A DNA stretch of 64,000 nucleotides from Amoebidium appalachense (Eukaryota; Protista; Ichthyosporea). The position numbers were made by a program, and so were the translations under genes. Location of the stretch: contig CAVNZM010000001.1 of assembly GCA_963693365.1 (NCBI GenBank), positions 21,274,125 through 21,338,124 on the forward strand, given 5' to 3'. The notes under the pieces were generated by a model. That model worked only from the letters and a program-made list of their open reading frames with translations. It was not told where the DNA came from and made no database searches. This document shows, in pieces, positions 1 through 25,233 of the stretch (positions are counted from its first letter, which is position 1; every line of letters starts with the position of its first letter).

Positions 1-157
1 GCCTGCAGGAGTGGTGCATGTTTTCCTACCTGCTTAGGAAGAGGGGGGAGGGGGGGAGCGGGGGGGAGGGGGGGAAGGGTTTAGAAGCTGATCCACCCGG
101 TATGTGAAAGGCTATGGGGAGAAGGGGGAGGAGGGGAGGGGGGAGGGGGGTGTTAGT

Positions 158-252
<95 letters not shown>

Positions 253-452
253 ACTTTTGTCTATTTCTCTGTGTCTGCTACCCTGCGGCCCATACCTGCA
301 TGTCCTAACAACTACAGTCGTTTTGAGCAGGTTTTCCTCTGTGTGTGTGTAGTGTGCGTTTGTGGGCGTGTATGTGTGTGTGTTCTTGCTTGCATGTGTG
401 CGTGTGTGCATATGTGCCTGCGTGTGGTCACGTGCTGACTGCACATCTGCAG

Positions 453-4110
<3,658 letters not shown>

Positions 4111-4468
4111 CACCCATCCACGGGTACTTCCTAATTTAGACGCTGCACTGCCAGCTAGAACACGTGATATCACGTGCACGGGCATGTGTGCTGGCACTCA
4201 AGCACGTGCAGGCATGCACACACCAATGGTTATGCAGGCAGCCATGCCGCACCCAATCAAGGGGCCTTTTAATGAGGATTGCAGTTACTGCAGCCGACCA
4301 ATAGATTTGCCTGCCACATGTGGCAGGTGTTTTACTTCGTGTGCAGCCCACAGGGCCACGTGCGTGCCGATTACCGGGGCACGTGCACTTACGGTCCTAC
4401 GTGTGTGTGTGTGTGTGTGTGTTTGTTTGTGTGTGCGTGTGTGTGCATGTGTGTGTGTCTGTATGCAC

Positions 4469-13129
<8,661 letters not shown>

Positions 13130-15294
13130 GGGGTGGGGCAGGGTGGCTAGACACGCACGGGCCTAAAGGCCCCACAGGCAAGCGGGCTCAAAAATCTCCC
13201 AACGACCCTCGCTTATCAACAGCACTAAAGTCTAACAAGTTTCGAGCGTAAATCTCTAAGCAGGCGCTACAGAAATCGTATAAATTTACGTAGGCCTAGG
13301 TTCCCTGCTCTGTAGCCTTCTAACGCCTATCTACCGCATACTACAAAAACGAAGGTATGAACATGCACAAGCGGTGGCCCTAGACGGCCGAGCAGAAACC
13401 AGGAACTAGCCTGCGGTGGCCTCCCCTTTTTGTTGTCTGCACTCTCTCCTCACTGCTCTAGCGTTACTGCTCGCGCTCCATCGTTCGTTCGCACGTGCGT
13501 ACTTGTTATGTTCCTGTTTTTTTTTTTGCCGCCGAGAAACCGTTTCTCGGCTGTTCGTGTCATCAAAACAAACTTTCAAGCTTGCGCCCATTTGAAATCC
13601 GTCAAGCCAATCAAAGCAATTCATATATTTAACCAATTTGTCCTATTTAAGCTTAATCTTTTTCTATATTTTAATTTGGCGCGGAAGCTCCTCATGTGCG
13701 GTTCTGTTTTTGAAATGGAGCCTCGCGGCAGTTGTGAGCCTGCGCCTCAATCAAACAACCACAAAGTGAACATTATATGACTTCAGCTTCTGTTATGTTT
13801 CTGAGTGTGCGTGTCTGCGTGAGCAACTGAACGCGCTATGAGGCTCGTGTTCCTCTGTATTGTGACACGTGTGCGTGTCGTGTCTTTGCGTTTGTGCCTG
13901 TGTGCTGTGTGCGTGTGTGTGCTGTGTGTGCGTGTTTGTGTGTGCACTCGTTGGTCTGACAATATCTGTGCAACCTTGTAGAGAGGGGTTGTGAGGATAC
14001 GTTAGCCAAACCGAGTGATGCCGTAAAGCCACTGCAGCCATGTTCTGGTTATAGAATAATCATCGCAATCAGAGGCTTTGACACACCACAACTATGGGCA
14101 CCCACACAGGACAGTTTCAGCACAGCCTTTGGGTGGGGGGGAGGACAGGGGAGGGGGGGAGGGGAGCTTGAAGAGCAAAATGCACGACTAGTAGAAGGGC
14201 AGGGCTTTGGATTTTGTGTTTCGGGGGCATCCGATGGGGGTGGGTTTTTTTTTTTTTTTTTTTTTTTTTTTTGGGGGGGGGGGGGAGGGGGGAGGGGAAG
14301 GCGGCTATGATGGACACAGGCGTGTACCACGGTGATAACTCTGCCCTGTTCCTTTGTGTCCCCTCCCCCCCCCTCCCCCCCCCCCCCCCCCCCCCCCCCC
14401 CCCGATAAACAACAATAACAATAATAACTTCAGGATGAACTCGCCCGTAAAAAAGAAAAAAAAAAAAAAAAAAAAGAATAAAAATGGTGTTCCCTTGCCC
14501 TTACCCTACCTGCTACAGTACGTGTGCCAGCGGCCGTGCAGTGAAACAACCCATCCCTCGAGACCAGACCCGGTTCCGGCCTGTGTGTTTCCTGTTTCTT
14601 CTGTGCCGGGGCCCCGGGGGGGTGGAGGGATTTGTTGGGGTTGGAGGGGGATCTGCAGGATGTGTGTGTGGTAGCTTTTCCGGTTGCACGGGGGAGTGGA
14701 GAGGGAGAGTGATATCGTTAGTGCTGCAGTTGGATCTTTGGCTAAGTCGGCTGTGTCCCGATGAGAGGATCTATAGAATGGTTGTGTGTGTGTGCGTTGT
14801 GTGTGTGGTCGACTTTGTTGCTGTGGTCGAGAGGTGGAGGAGGAGTATATAACTTGAAATCCAAAGGAGCAGCACGGCAGGGCCTTGAGTGTCGTGCGTG
14901 TGTTTGGTAGGTGGGTGAGTCTGCTAAACCACAAACACACCGTGGTAGTATACACACTAATTAGGTGAGCCTAACTCCAAACAACGTCTCAGCTCCTACT
15001 GCCCTTCCTCCTCTTTTCTCTCTCTCTCTCCTCCCCCCCCCCCCCCCCCCCCCATTCCCCCACCTGCCCTGGCCCCCACCAACACATATCCCCACCCTCT
15101 GCCTGTGTGCACTTACTGCTCACCTGCACGTGGTGCAAAACCAGGCCTCCAGTTCGGCAGAAGCTCATGTTTTCTGCCTTTTTCTTCTGCCCCGACGGGC
15201 GGGGAAAAAAGAAAGGGGGGAGGAGGGGGGGGGGGGGGGGGGGGGGGGGGGATGGGGAAGGTGCGTGTGTGTTGGGGTTTTTACGCGGCTTTTT

Positions 15295-15337
<43 letters not shown>

Positions 15338-16157
15338 CGAGGGGGAGAGGTGGGAAAGAAGACGAGGGGGGAAGGGGGTTTGCAAGGGTCAGGTCAGATC
15401 ATCAGCAGGATCTCTCAACAGTCACTTGCGTGCTAATGTCTGATGGAATCTCTAAATTTGGTGTGTGCGCTCATGTGTTTTTATGGGGAAAGGGGGAGGG
15501 AGGGGGGGGGGGGGGGGGGGGGGGGGTTTGAAAATAATAATAATAAAATATAATAAAAAAGTCTTTCGGACAAGGACGGGGGGTGGGGGGTGGGGATACT
15601 AGAGTGGTGTAGAGGGTGGGGGGGGGGGGGGGGGGGGGAGAACAGGGGGATGGCTGATTTTTGTTTGTTATGTTGTGTGGGGGGGGGGGGGGGGGGGGGG
15701 GAGGGAGGAGAGGGCTGTTTTCTTTTTTGTTTGTTTGTATTGGGAAGGGGGGGGGGGGGGGGGGGAGGGGGGGGGGGGGGGGAAGGGGAGGTACCTCAGG
15801 GATTGCGACCTTCCGTGCCCCAGCCGTCTGTTGGGCTCACGATATCCTCGGCCTGGCACACAGCCCACAGAGCGGCACCTAGGGCACTGGCAGGAGCAAG
15901 GGAGTTGGCAAAGGAGCTTGGAGGCCTTGGAGGGGCAAGAAGGGCTGCAAGGGGTGAGGGGGAATACCTGTGCTCAGCCACGTGCCTGCCTGGACCCGTC
16001 AGCACACTGTAGGCTGCCTCGCACACGCAGGCACACGCACGAACCACACAAAACAGAAACACACACCACGGCAGGCAAAAGCTCAAAGTGCATACAAAAG
16101 CAATTGCTGATGCGACAAGGATAGTGTGCGGACGGACGAACACACACACGCGCGCAC

Positions 16158-16204
<47 letters not shown>

Positions 16205-16358
16205 CTCTAGCCAGGCACAAGTACATGTACTTCAAGGCACACACACAGGCACACAAGGAGTTAGGAACCACACGGACACAACAAGAACCAAACACCTATT
16301 CTTGACGGGCACATGGGGCTGTCAGTGCTAGAGTCTGAAAGTCACTGCTACTTCTGTC

Positions 16359-16409
<51 letters not shown>

Positions 16410-16551
16410 CCCACCCACCAACCCCCACCACCCACCCCACCCCACCCCAAAGTGACCAATCATTGGCTATCCTAAAACATAAAAGCAGTCTCTTCCCCTC
16501 TCCCCCCCCCCTCCCCCTCTCTCCCCCCACGCACACATGCGCACACACATA

Positions 16552-16632
<81 letters not shown>

Positions 16633-18298
16633 CACACAAGCTTACACACACGCGCACATATATTTCTCTGGCTCTAGCTCTCCCGCTCTCACCTCAGTTC
16701 TCCCGACCGGCACACTCCCGTCCCTCCAGCCACCTCTCTTATTCCCTCTTCCCCATCTATCGAAGCCAGCATGGCCTATCCCTTTCTCGTTCCCCCCTTC
16801 CCCTCCCTCCAAGTCACCTTGCCGATAAATCCAACCCTTAGCCCCACAGGTTCAATGTTTCGGGACCCAAGCACATACACCAGCTAGTCACCTACTCACC
16901 TCCTTCCCCACCCTTCCCAACCGTTCTCCTCCGCCATATTCCCCAGTTTCTCAGAAAAATTCTCGTCACTCCCACCAATTCCACCCTTCCTACCCCCCGC
17001 CCCCTTCCCTCCTCATCCAAAGGAAATCCGCCCCCTCCCCCCTTCCCGCCTCCCCTTACTCCCCCTCCCCCTCCCCCCCTCCCCGCCCCCCTCCCCCCCC
17101 CCCCTCCCCCCACCCCCCCCCCCCTCCCCACCTCCTACCCACCCGAATTACCTTCAGGCAAAACACAACCACTCTATCTGTCCCTGGCGGCACTGTGTTG
17201 TGCTGGGCCGTCTCTGCACTGCCTCCCGCACGTACGGCCGCACGTGCGCTGCGTCTAGGCAGCTTGAGCACGCGGACGCATGGCAGCTGCTTGCTAGAGC
17301 GTGCACGCCGCACCTTGCAGTCTGCAAGCCACCCGGTTGCGGCCCATGGTACACACACGACAGTCAGAACTGGCCTTGCATGCTGCGCACGCATGCCACT
17401 GGTCCAGAGGTGCCGGATCGGTTTTCTCCCATAAACTCGCCGGATTGGTGAATACTTTTAGGTGCAGCCAATCGGTGATTCACAAAATCTATTTATGCGG
17501 ACCATCAAAGTTTGTGTTGCGCTGCTTGCGCATGCCGGCAAACTTTGGCCGGCCCCGGCCGCGCGAGTGACGATGTGCACGTGACGGCACGACTGTGCTG
17601 TCGTGCCCATCGCGGCTGAGGTGCAGCCGGGGCCTATTCTAGAATTTAGCAGCAGCAGGAAGTGGTCAGGTCACTTGTGTGCATGCCCCCCTCTTACCCT
17701 CCCCATCCCCCCGCCCCGCCCTTCCCCCGCGCGGCGCGCTCCCCTCCCCTCCCCCAGCTCCTCTTCCCCCCTTCATCCCCCCTTCATTCCCTCCCCCCCT
17801 CCCCTCCCCCCTTCATCTCCCCCCCCTCCCCCCCCCCCCACCACCACCACCCCCCCCAAAGTGGCAGTTAGAGAAGAAAAGGGGTTGCGGGCGGGCGGGG
17901 GAGGGGGGGGGGGGGGGGGGGGGGGGAGGGGGGGGGGGGGGGACCGGGATTAGGAGCTTGAGGGACAGATCGAGGGACGGACAGAAGTAAAAAGGATCTC
18001 TTTTGCTTGATTCACAAAGCACGTTCAACCTGGCCACTGCAATGAACAGGCCGGAGCTCCTGGTGGAGCCCCTACGGCACCAACTTGGTGTACGGCACTC
18101 ACAAGCACAGCACTCTCCCGGTTGGCGCCCAAACCCGTCATAGTGATTCGACAGTAGTGTTGAGGTCAACTTGCACCAAGCTAAAACACTCTGGGAGGCA
18201 TCCAAATGCAGTCCATGACCAGTGTGTGTCATCGTACAATATAATCATTATATGCTCAAGTATATTAAGGGGAGTTGCCAAGTATATTGATAATATGT

Positions 18299-18386
<88 letters not shown>

Positions 18387-18639
18387 ACACAGACACACAT
18401 ACATGCTTTCGGCGAGCACGCACAACCACCACCAACCCATTGCGCACCCATAACTATCATTCCCCAACTGCACACACGCACTTTTGTTGGCACAAGTGTC
18501 ACAATCACAAGAACCACCACTCCAGCAGCATTATTTGGCTTGTGAAGACTGACCAATTCGGCAATAGCAGCAGAACTAGCTAATTTGGAAGCTTATGCTC
18601 TTATGGCAGAACTATAAAAAATCAACAGTGGGCAAAAAT

Positions 18640-19300
18640 ATTCAGCTCTAGGCAGACTGCTTTGTGCGGAATCATGCTGCTTCGTCCAAGATTATTCTGC
18701 TTTGTGCAGAATTGGTTTGCTTTGTGCGAAAATTATTTTTCTTTGTGCAGAATTATGCTGCTTCGTGAGGAATTATTTGCTTTGTGCAGAATCATGCTGC
18801 TTCGTACGGAAATATTCTGCTCAAGAATTATTTTCTTTGTGCGGATGAAATTATTTTGCTTCAAGCAGACTTATGCTGCTTTGTGCGGAACCATTTTGCT
18901 TTGTGCTGCGGAAGTATTCTGCTTCGTGTAGAAATATTTTGCTTTGTGCGGAAAATATGCTATTTCGTGCGGAATTATTCTGCTTCTTGAGGAATTATTC
19001 TGCTCCGTGCGGAATTATTCTGCTTCTTGGGGAATTTTCTGCTGATGGATGCAGAACACACTTGCTGTGAGCTGACTAATTCTGGAGAAAATTGATTCAC
19101 AAACGGCAGAGTTACTCAGCAATAAAGCAGGATGGTTCTGCAAAAGCAAATCCACTATGCAAAAAGCAGGATCGAAGTTTCGTATTATTCTACAAAAAGA
19201 GAATAAACGCTACACAGTCTGCAACATGCTTATTATTTCAGAAAACGCAGAAATGTTTTGTGCTGAGCAGAATGATTATTCCGTGCTAAGCAGAATTATC
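18640..19300. repeat. Degenerate ~20 bp tandem repeats built on the palindrome GCAGAAT-T-ATTCTGC; related blocks at ~29000-29400 and ~46860-47130
   Basis: Many (A/G)GAATTATTCTGCTT(C/T)GTGC variants, and the same motif in both orientations at the other two loci. Confidence 0.75.
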
Positions 19301-19468
19301 ATAGTAGATGTTGTTGGTCTTGTTCTTTTAAAGCCCACAACATCTGCAACCTGCCTCGCGCGCCGTGCCTTGCTCACAGTATTCGAGAGCAAGCTGCTCG
19401 AAAATCTGGTTATTGTGCCTAACGATCTGTCCGGCATGTGCTCACCAGCTTACTGGTTCCGAGATTAT

Positions 19469-19516
<48 letters not shown>

Positions 19517-19875
19517 CATGTGTGTGTGTGTGTGCACGTGCGTGTGTGTATGCACGTGTGTGTGTGTGTATGTGTCACGTGTGTGTGTGCGTGCATGTGT
19601 GTGTGTGCACGTGCGTGTGTGTATGCACGTGTGTGTGCGTGTGCACGTGTATGTGTTGTGTGTGTGTGTGCGCATGTGTGTGTGTGTGTGTGCACGTGTG
19701 TGTGTGTGTATGTGTGTATGTGTGTGTGTGTGCGTATGCGTCACGTGTGTGTGTGTGTGTGTGTGTGTGTCACGTGTGTGTGTGTGTATGTGTGTGTGTG
19801 TGTGTGTGTGTCACGTGTGTGTGTGTGTGCGTGTGCGTGTGCGTGTGCGTGTGTGTGTGTCACGTGTGTGTGTGT

Positions 19876-19939
<64 letters not shown>

Positions 19940-20244
19940 TTTGGGGGGGGGGGGGGGAGGGGGGAGGGGGGGGGGGATTTATGGCAGCAGCAAGGCAAAC
20001 ACTTTAGACCATGGCTTGTACGGTTTGCGGCAGCACTTTCAGACCTTCTAAAGGAACGCAGTGCATCGCCAATGTGCTCACTTTATCGCCCATCACACCA
20101 TTGGAGTACCTGACCAACCCTTCCCTTCCTGCAAGGTCCGACACCTTGTTCCTGCCACTGTCGCGGTTCCTCCGACCAATCCCGGATGATTAATCGGTTC
20201 CTCTCCTTCCTCCGTTAACTTAATATAAGTTCCCCAGCCCCTAT

Positions 20245-20276
<32 letters not shown>

Positions 20277-20659
20277 CCCCTACACACACACACACCCTAC
20301 CGACCAACATAAGGTCTATGAGCCAGGCCTATATCGGCCTTTCCCGGTGTGAGGTCATATTGACGTCATTATGTGGCTCAAGGCCGGTTGATGCTGATAA
20401 GATTAAGCGCACTGATTGGTTCTTACCATTTGTGGAATGTCCATTTTCAATTCTGGATATTGGATATACGAGGATGATGAGTGGGGTTGTGGGGGAAGGA
20501 GGGGGAGGGGGGGGGGGGGAGGATCGAGGTCCGTGGGGCCCGGGGGTTGGAGAAAATGAAAGGAGCATTTTAAACCAATGCTCCTTTCATTTTCCCAAGG
20601 AGAGGAGGGCAGCAGCAGGGTACCGTCTGTCTGTGTGGAAGATATATTGGTAAGGGGAG

Positions 20660-20708
<49 letters not shown>

Positions 20709-21920
20709 GAGGGGGGGGCATGCAATTCACAGATATAACCTACATCCCCCAAAATATTATTATGGCCTTGGTGGCACACTATACCGTCCATCATGAAAGG
20801 GGATAGGCCTACTGCATGGGTGGGGGGGTTTGAGGCCCACTGTAGGGCTGGAGGGCTGTTGCAGTGTGGTGTACATATTGGGGACCGCAAAGGGAGCAGC
20901 TGCCGCCGGCAGAAAGGACAATTGTGCTCGGTGTGGTTGCGTTTGTGTTTCCCCAGGGTTACGAAACAACTACAGGGCAGCACATAGGGCACGTAGGGGG
21001 AGGCGGGGGGGAGGGGAGGGGGAGGCGGGGGGGCTGCAGCAGTGGGTCGGATGGGGGAGAAAGAAGCATGTGAGGGCCCAGATGGCCGCAAGTCGCAGCA
21101 CGGGCCCCCCAAACCCACCAAAAATGCAGCGCAGGCCCCCCAAACCCACCAGAATTGCAGGACATCCCCAAGCAAACTTTCACGGCAGAAGGCCATGATG
21201 CGGTGCTGATCCCAGCGGGTGTCCAACACATGGACCACCCAGCAATCGTGATGCCAACTGCATGAAGCCTCCCCCCCCTCCCCCCTGCCCTCTCTCCTCC
21301 GCACCCCCTCCTTTTGAACGTGTGTGTGTGTGTGTGGTCGAGGGAGATGGTGGTTCTGGTGGTGGTGGTGGGGAGGGGAGGGGGGGGGGGGGGGTTGCAT
21401 GATATTGTTAGCACCTGGCAGGGCAGCCTGATTAGAGAATGGACATGTGAAACCCTTTACTGTGTAAGACATGTGGTCAGCAAGGATGTGTGCACACACA
21501 GTGGATATACGAGAAGCAGATATGTGCCTGGATAGTCTTAGTGTTATGGTGCACACATGGATATACGAGAGATGTGTGCACATGGATATTCTTGCATGTG
21601 TGTGCATGATACTTTGTCTGTACGCCGTGACAGTGTGTGCACCTGGATATTCTTGCATGTGTGCACATTCTCCAAATATGCGCTCGCACATGAATATGCA
21701 TGCACACATACTGTATGTTGACACGATATGTGTATGCGTGATTTGCAATTATTCGTATATCCGTAATTTGTGCGCACATATATTGTGTGACGTGCACACA
21801 CATAGATATGCGTGATATGTGCAACGATGGATATATGTGACTCATGAAGTGTGCACGTACCGATCCGTGCCGTGTGGGCACAAAATGTGATATCTGCGCA
21901 CACGAATATGTGTTAGCAGA

Positions 21921-22260
21921 CATGGTTTTACCATAACATATTTTGTTTCGAATATAATAAGTATATCTCGATATACTTAACATATTCTATTTGATGCGGT
22001 CGACTTTACCGAAAGTATATCGCAGGACCGCACGAACAGCCGACCCGACAATGGTGCGCGATCGATGCGTTCGTGTTCAATCAAATGCGATATTACCAAA
22101 AGATATACTATACGACCGTCGAATATCTTTTGGCCCTTTCATATAAACGATATTCGAAAGTATATCGATTCCGAATATCTTTTTCGCGATTTTACCAGAT
22201 TAGGCAGGTCGGCGATATACTCATTATATTCGAAAACAAAATGTGTTATGGTAAAACATG
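21921..22260. mobile_element. 340 bp MITE-like element with ~47 bp terminal inverted repeats
   Basis: CATGGTTTTACCATAACATATTTTGTTTCGAATATAATAAGTATATC against the reverse complement of 22214-22260 shows about 4 differences; the interior is AT-rich and rich in CGA/TCG. Confidence 0.7.
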
Positions 22261-22309
22261 TTCAGATATGTGCGCACATGGACTATGCGAGTCAGATCAT
22301 GATGTGCCC

Positions 22310-22512
22310 AGATGGATATTTGTGGTTGAGATATGTGCGCACGTGGATAATTTTGGTTCGTAAGTGGATATTTGTGGTCCAGATATGTGTGCACGTGGAT
22401 ATTTGTGGTCCAGATATGTGTGCACGTGGATATTTGTGGTCCAGATATGTGTGCACGTGGATATTCGTGGTCCAGATATGTGTGCACGTGGATATTTGTG
22501 GTCCAGATATGG
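22310..22512. repeat. 31 bp minisatellite; related degenerate copies at 21480-21910
   Basis: Unit GTGGATATTTGTGGTCCAGATATGTGTGCAC. Confidence 0.9.
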
Positions 22513-23592
22513 TATGTGACGTGTATGCACCAGACATGTGTCACAGAAATGTCGTGGTTTTCGTTTGTGCATGCGTGCCTGTGCATTAGAACTCGAGGCC
22601 CTATCGTCGATGCACCTCGAAATCTTGCTCTCATAACTTGGCTGTCTCCTGTGCACTGTGAACCGTTTTGAAAAGGCAGGGCGGGAGAGGGGGGGGGGGG
22701 GGGGGGGGGGGGGAGGGGGGGGGGGGGGCAATTGTACCCGTATGTTCTTTAATTTACGTTACGATGTATGCGATACGAGGGAATTACGGGACTGAAGGCA
22801 TCCTAAGATAAAACACCGGAAACCACAAGTGTGCATGGGGGAGGGGACGGGGGGGGGGGGGGGGGGGGAGGGGACGGGAGGGGATGTGTCTGCAAAACGA
22901 GAGGCAGGATCTGGGCAGATGATTGATGCCTTTAGGTGCTGTGTTTGATTTGGTGGTGTGTGTCCCCCCCCCCCCCCCCCCCCCCCCCAAAAACCCATTA
23001 GTCACTCACAATCAACCCCATCCATGCCATATTCCTCCCTTCCTTTGGTGGTGGTGGTGTGCGTGTGCGTGTGCGTGTGTGTTGGGGGTTGAGGGGGGGG
23101 AGGGGAAGGGGGATAGAAAGCATTGCCCAGTACGGACACACATTCACGACAGGCCACAAAGTGATTTTGAAAGCACACACTTTGAGAAAGAGTGGAGGGA
23201 GGAGGGGCAGGGGGGGGATGATATGCATGGAACAGTGCGAGCGCACCCACCCATCCTCTGACAGCAAGAGCAGCACGGGTATGGTATGTATGGTATGTAT
23301 GCAAACACGTGCAGGTCTCAGCCCACACACAAAGCACGTGCAATGTGCAATGTGCAACATATATATATACCATGCGAGACACAGGGATGCCAGGGTGGTG
23401 TTTTTATTTACATCCACATACCTGGCGGGGCTCACAGGGCCTTGAAGTTATGTACACGCCTTGCTTACTCATTTGCAGGGCCACAGCAGGAAACATTCAA
23501 CTCGGATTAATCGTTAATAAACAGCTCGTAAACAATTTAAACATGCTAGGGTGCTACTAAGTCAAAATACTACTATTACTAATCATTCGCGT

Positions 23593-25233
23593 CTAATGGC
23601 CGCCCGGCAGCTCCTTTGTGAGGGTGCGGATGCCGTAGCGCATCTTCGAGTTCCACGTGCCGTAGCAGAAGTAGATGACAAGGCCCCCGGCCAGCCAGGC
23701 CAGGAAGCGGTAGGCCGTCTCAGCGCCAGTGGAGGAGATGAGCCAGATGCACATGGCGATGGACAGGAAGGGCACGATGGGCAGCTCGTAGCGCACGCCG
23801 TTGCGGTGGATGGGGATGTTGCCCCAGATCTTGAACTGGCGGGGGGCATCGGGCTGGGTGAAGCGCAGCACAATGGTGCCCAGGGACACCAGCACAAAGG
23901 CAAACAGCGTGCCGATGGACGACATGTCGGCAAGCACGTCCACGGGCAGAGTGGCCCCGGCCACGGCGCAGATGACACCGGTGACAATGGTGGTGATGTA
24001 GGGTGTCTTGAAGCGCGGGTGCAGCTTGGCACAGAACTCGGGCAGCAGGCCGTCCTTGGCCATGGAGTAGAAGATGCGGGGCTGGCCCATGAGGGTCACC
24101 AGCATCACAGACGTCAGGCCGGCAATGGCGGCCAGGGACACCACTATGGACAGCCACTTGCCGGCAATGCGCTCGGCCACGTAGGAGATGGGGGAGGCAA
24201 TGCTCTTGTACTCGTAGTAGGGCACCACACCCACCAGCACCAGCGCCATGAGGATGTACAGGAACGTGCACACGCCCAGCGAGCCGAGCACACCAATGGG
24301 AAGGTCCCGCTGGGGAACCTTGGCCTCCTGCGCCATGCAAGTGACAGCATCGAACCCGATGTAGGCAAAGAACACAATCACGGCCGCACGCATCACACCG
24401 GCAAATCCATAGACGTCACCACCCTGGTTGGGAGGAATGAAGGGCGAGTAGTTGTCTGCGTTGACCTTGGTGAAGCCAATGATGATCACAATCACGACAA
24501 CCACAAGCTTGATGGCCACAATCACGTGGTTGACCCAGGCAGACTCCTTGACACCCACCACAAGGATGATGGTCACGATGATGGTGATTGCAAAGGCCGG
24601 CAGGTCCAGGTAGTTGCCCGTGACGACAAAGTTGGCCCCATCCCACACCACGGGGGACCCGCAGAAGCGGGCGTCGAACTCGACACCAATCTTGGAAAAG
24701 AACGAGCGGAAGTAGGCAGACCAGCCCACCGACACAGCGGCAGCGCCGATCATGTACTCAAGCAGCAGGTCCCAGCCGATTATCCAGGCAATCAGCTCGC
24801 CCAGGGTAGCGTATGTGAAGGTGTAGGCACTGCCGCTGATGGGGATCATGGTGGCCACCTCGGTGTAGCACAGCCCGCCAAACGCCGAGGCAATGCCGCC
24901 CACAATGAACGAGATCACCACACCGGGCCCAGCATAGTTGCCTGCGGCCACACCGGCCAGCACGAAGATGCCTGTGCCAATGATGGCTCCAATGCCGATG
25001 GCACACAGGTCCAGGCCGTTGAGGCAGCGGTGCAGGCCCACGTCGGCATTGCCCTCCTCTACCAGACCGGCGAACGACTTTGTCTGCCACAGCTGCCACC
25101 AGATGCGATTGCAGCCCGTGCGCGTCTGCTGCGGCTCGGAGGCATCCTGCGGCCTGTAATCAATGTCTGTCACCTGCCCGTCGCGCACAGGCACGTCGGA
25201 CTCCCATTTCTTGATGCCTGCGTCGGACGCCAT
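23593..25233 (-). CDS. APC-superfamily amino acid permease (cationic amino acid transporter-like), intronless, 546 aa
   Basis: One clean ORF with GIGAIIGTGIF, AGPGVVISF, CYTEVATMIPISGSAYTF, FFAYIGFDAV, GQPRIFYSMAKDGLLP and many hydrophobic segments; GC3-rich codons. Confidence 0.95.
   Translation of the reverse strand: MASDAGIKKWESDVPVRDGQVTDIDYRPQDASEPQQTRTGCNRIWWQLWQTKSFAGLVEEGNADVGLHRCLNGLDLCAIGIGAIIGTGIFVLAGVAAGNYAGPGVVISFIVGGIASAFGGLCYTEVATMIPISGSAYTFTYATLGELIAWIIGWDLLLEYMIGAAAVSVGWSAYFRSFFSKIGVEFDARFCGSPVVWDGANFVVTGNYLDLPAFAITIIVTIILVVGVKESAWVNHVIVAIKLVVVVIVIIIGFTKVNADNYSPFIPPNQGGDVYGFAGVMRAAVIVFFAYIGFDAVTCMAQEAKVPQRDLPIGVLGSLGVCTFLYILMALVLVGVVPYYEYKSIASPISYVAERIAGKWLSIVVSLAAIAGLTSVMLVTLMGQPRIFYSMAKDGLLPEFCAKLHPRFKTPYITTIVTGVICAVAGATLPVDVLADMSSIGTLFAFVLVSLGTIVLRFTQPDAPRQFKIWGNIPIHRNGVRYELPIVPFLSIAMCIWLISSTGAETAYRFLAWLAGGLVIYFCYGTWNSKMRYGIRTLTKELPGGH

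Noticed and set aside
20860-21000. Zinc-knuckle-like CSC...H...H...CP on the minus strand (possible gag relic)
   Set aside because: The spacing does not fit CX2CX4HX4C and no pol remnants were recognised nearby.
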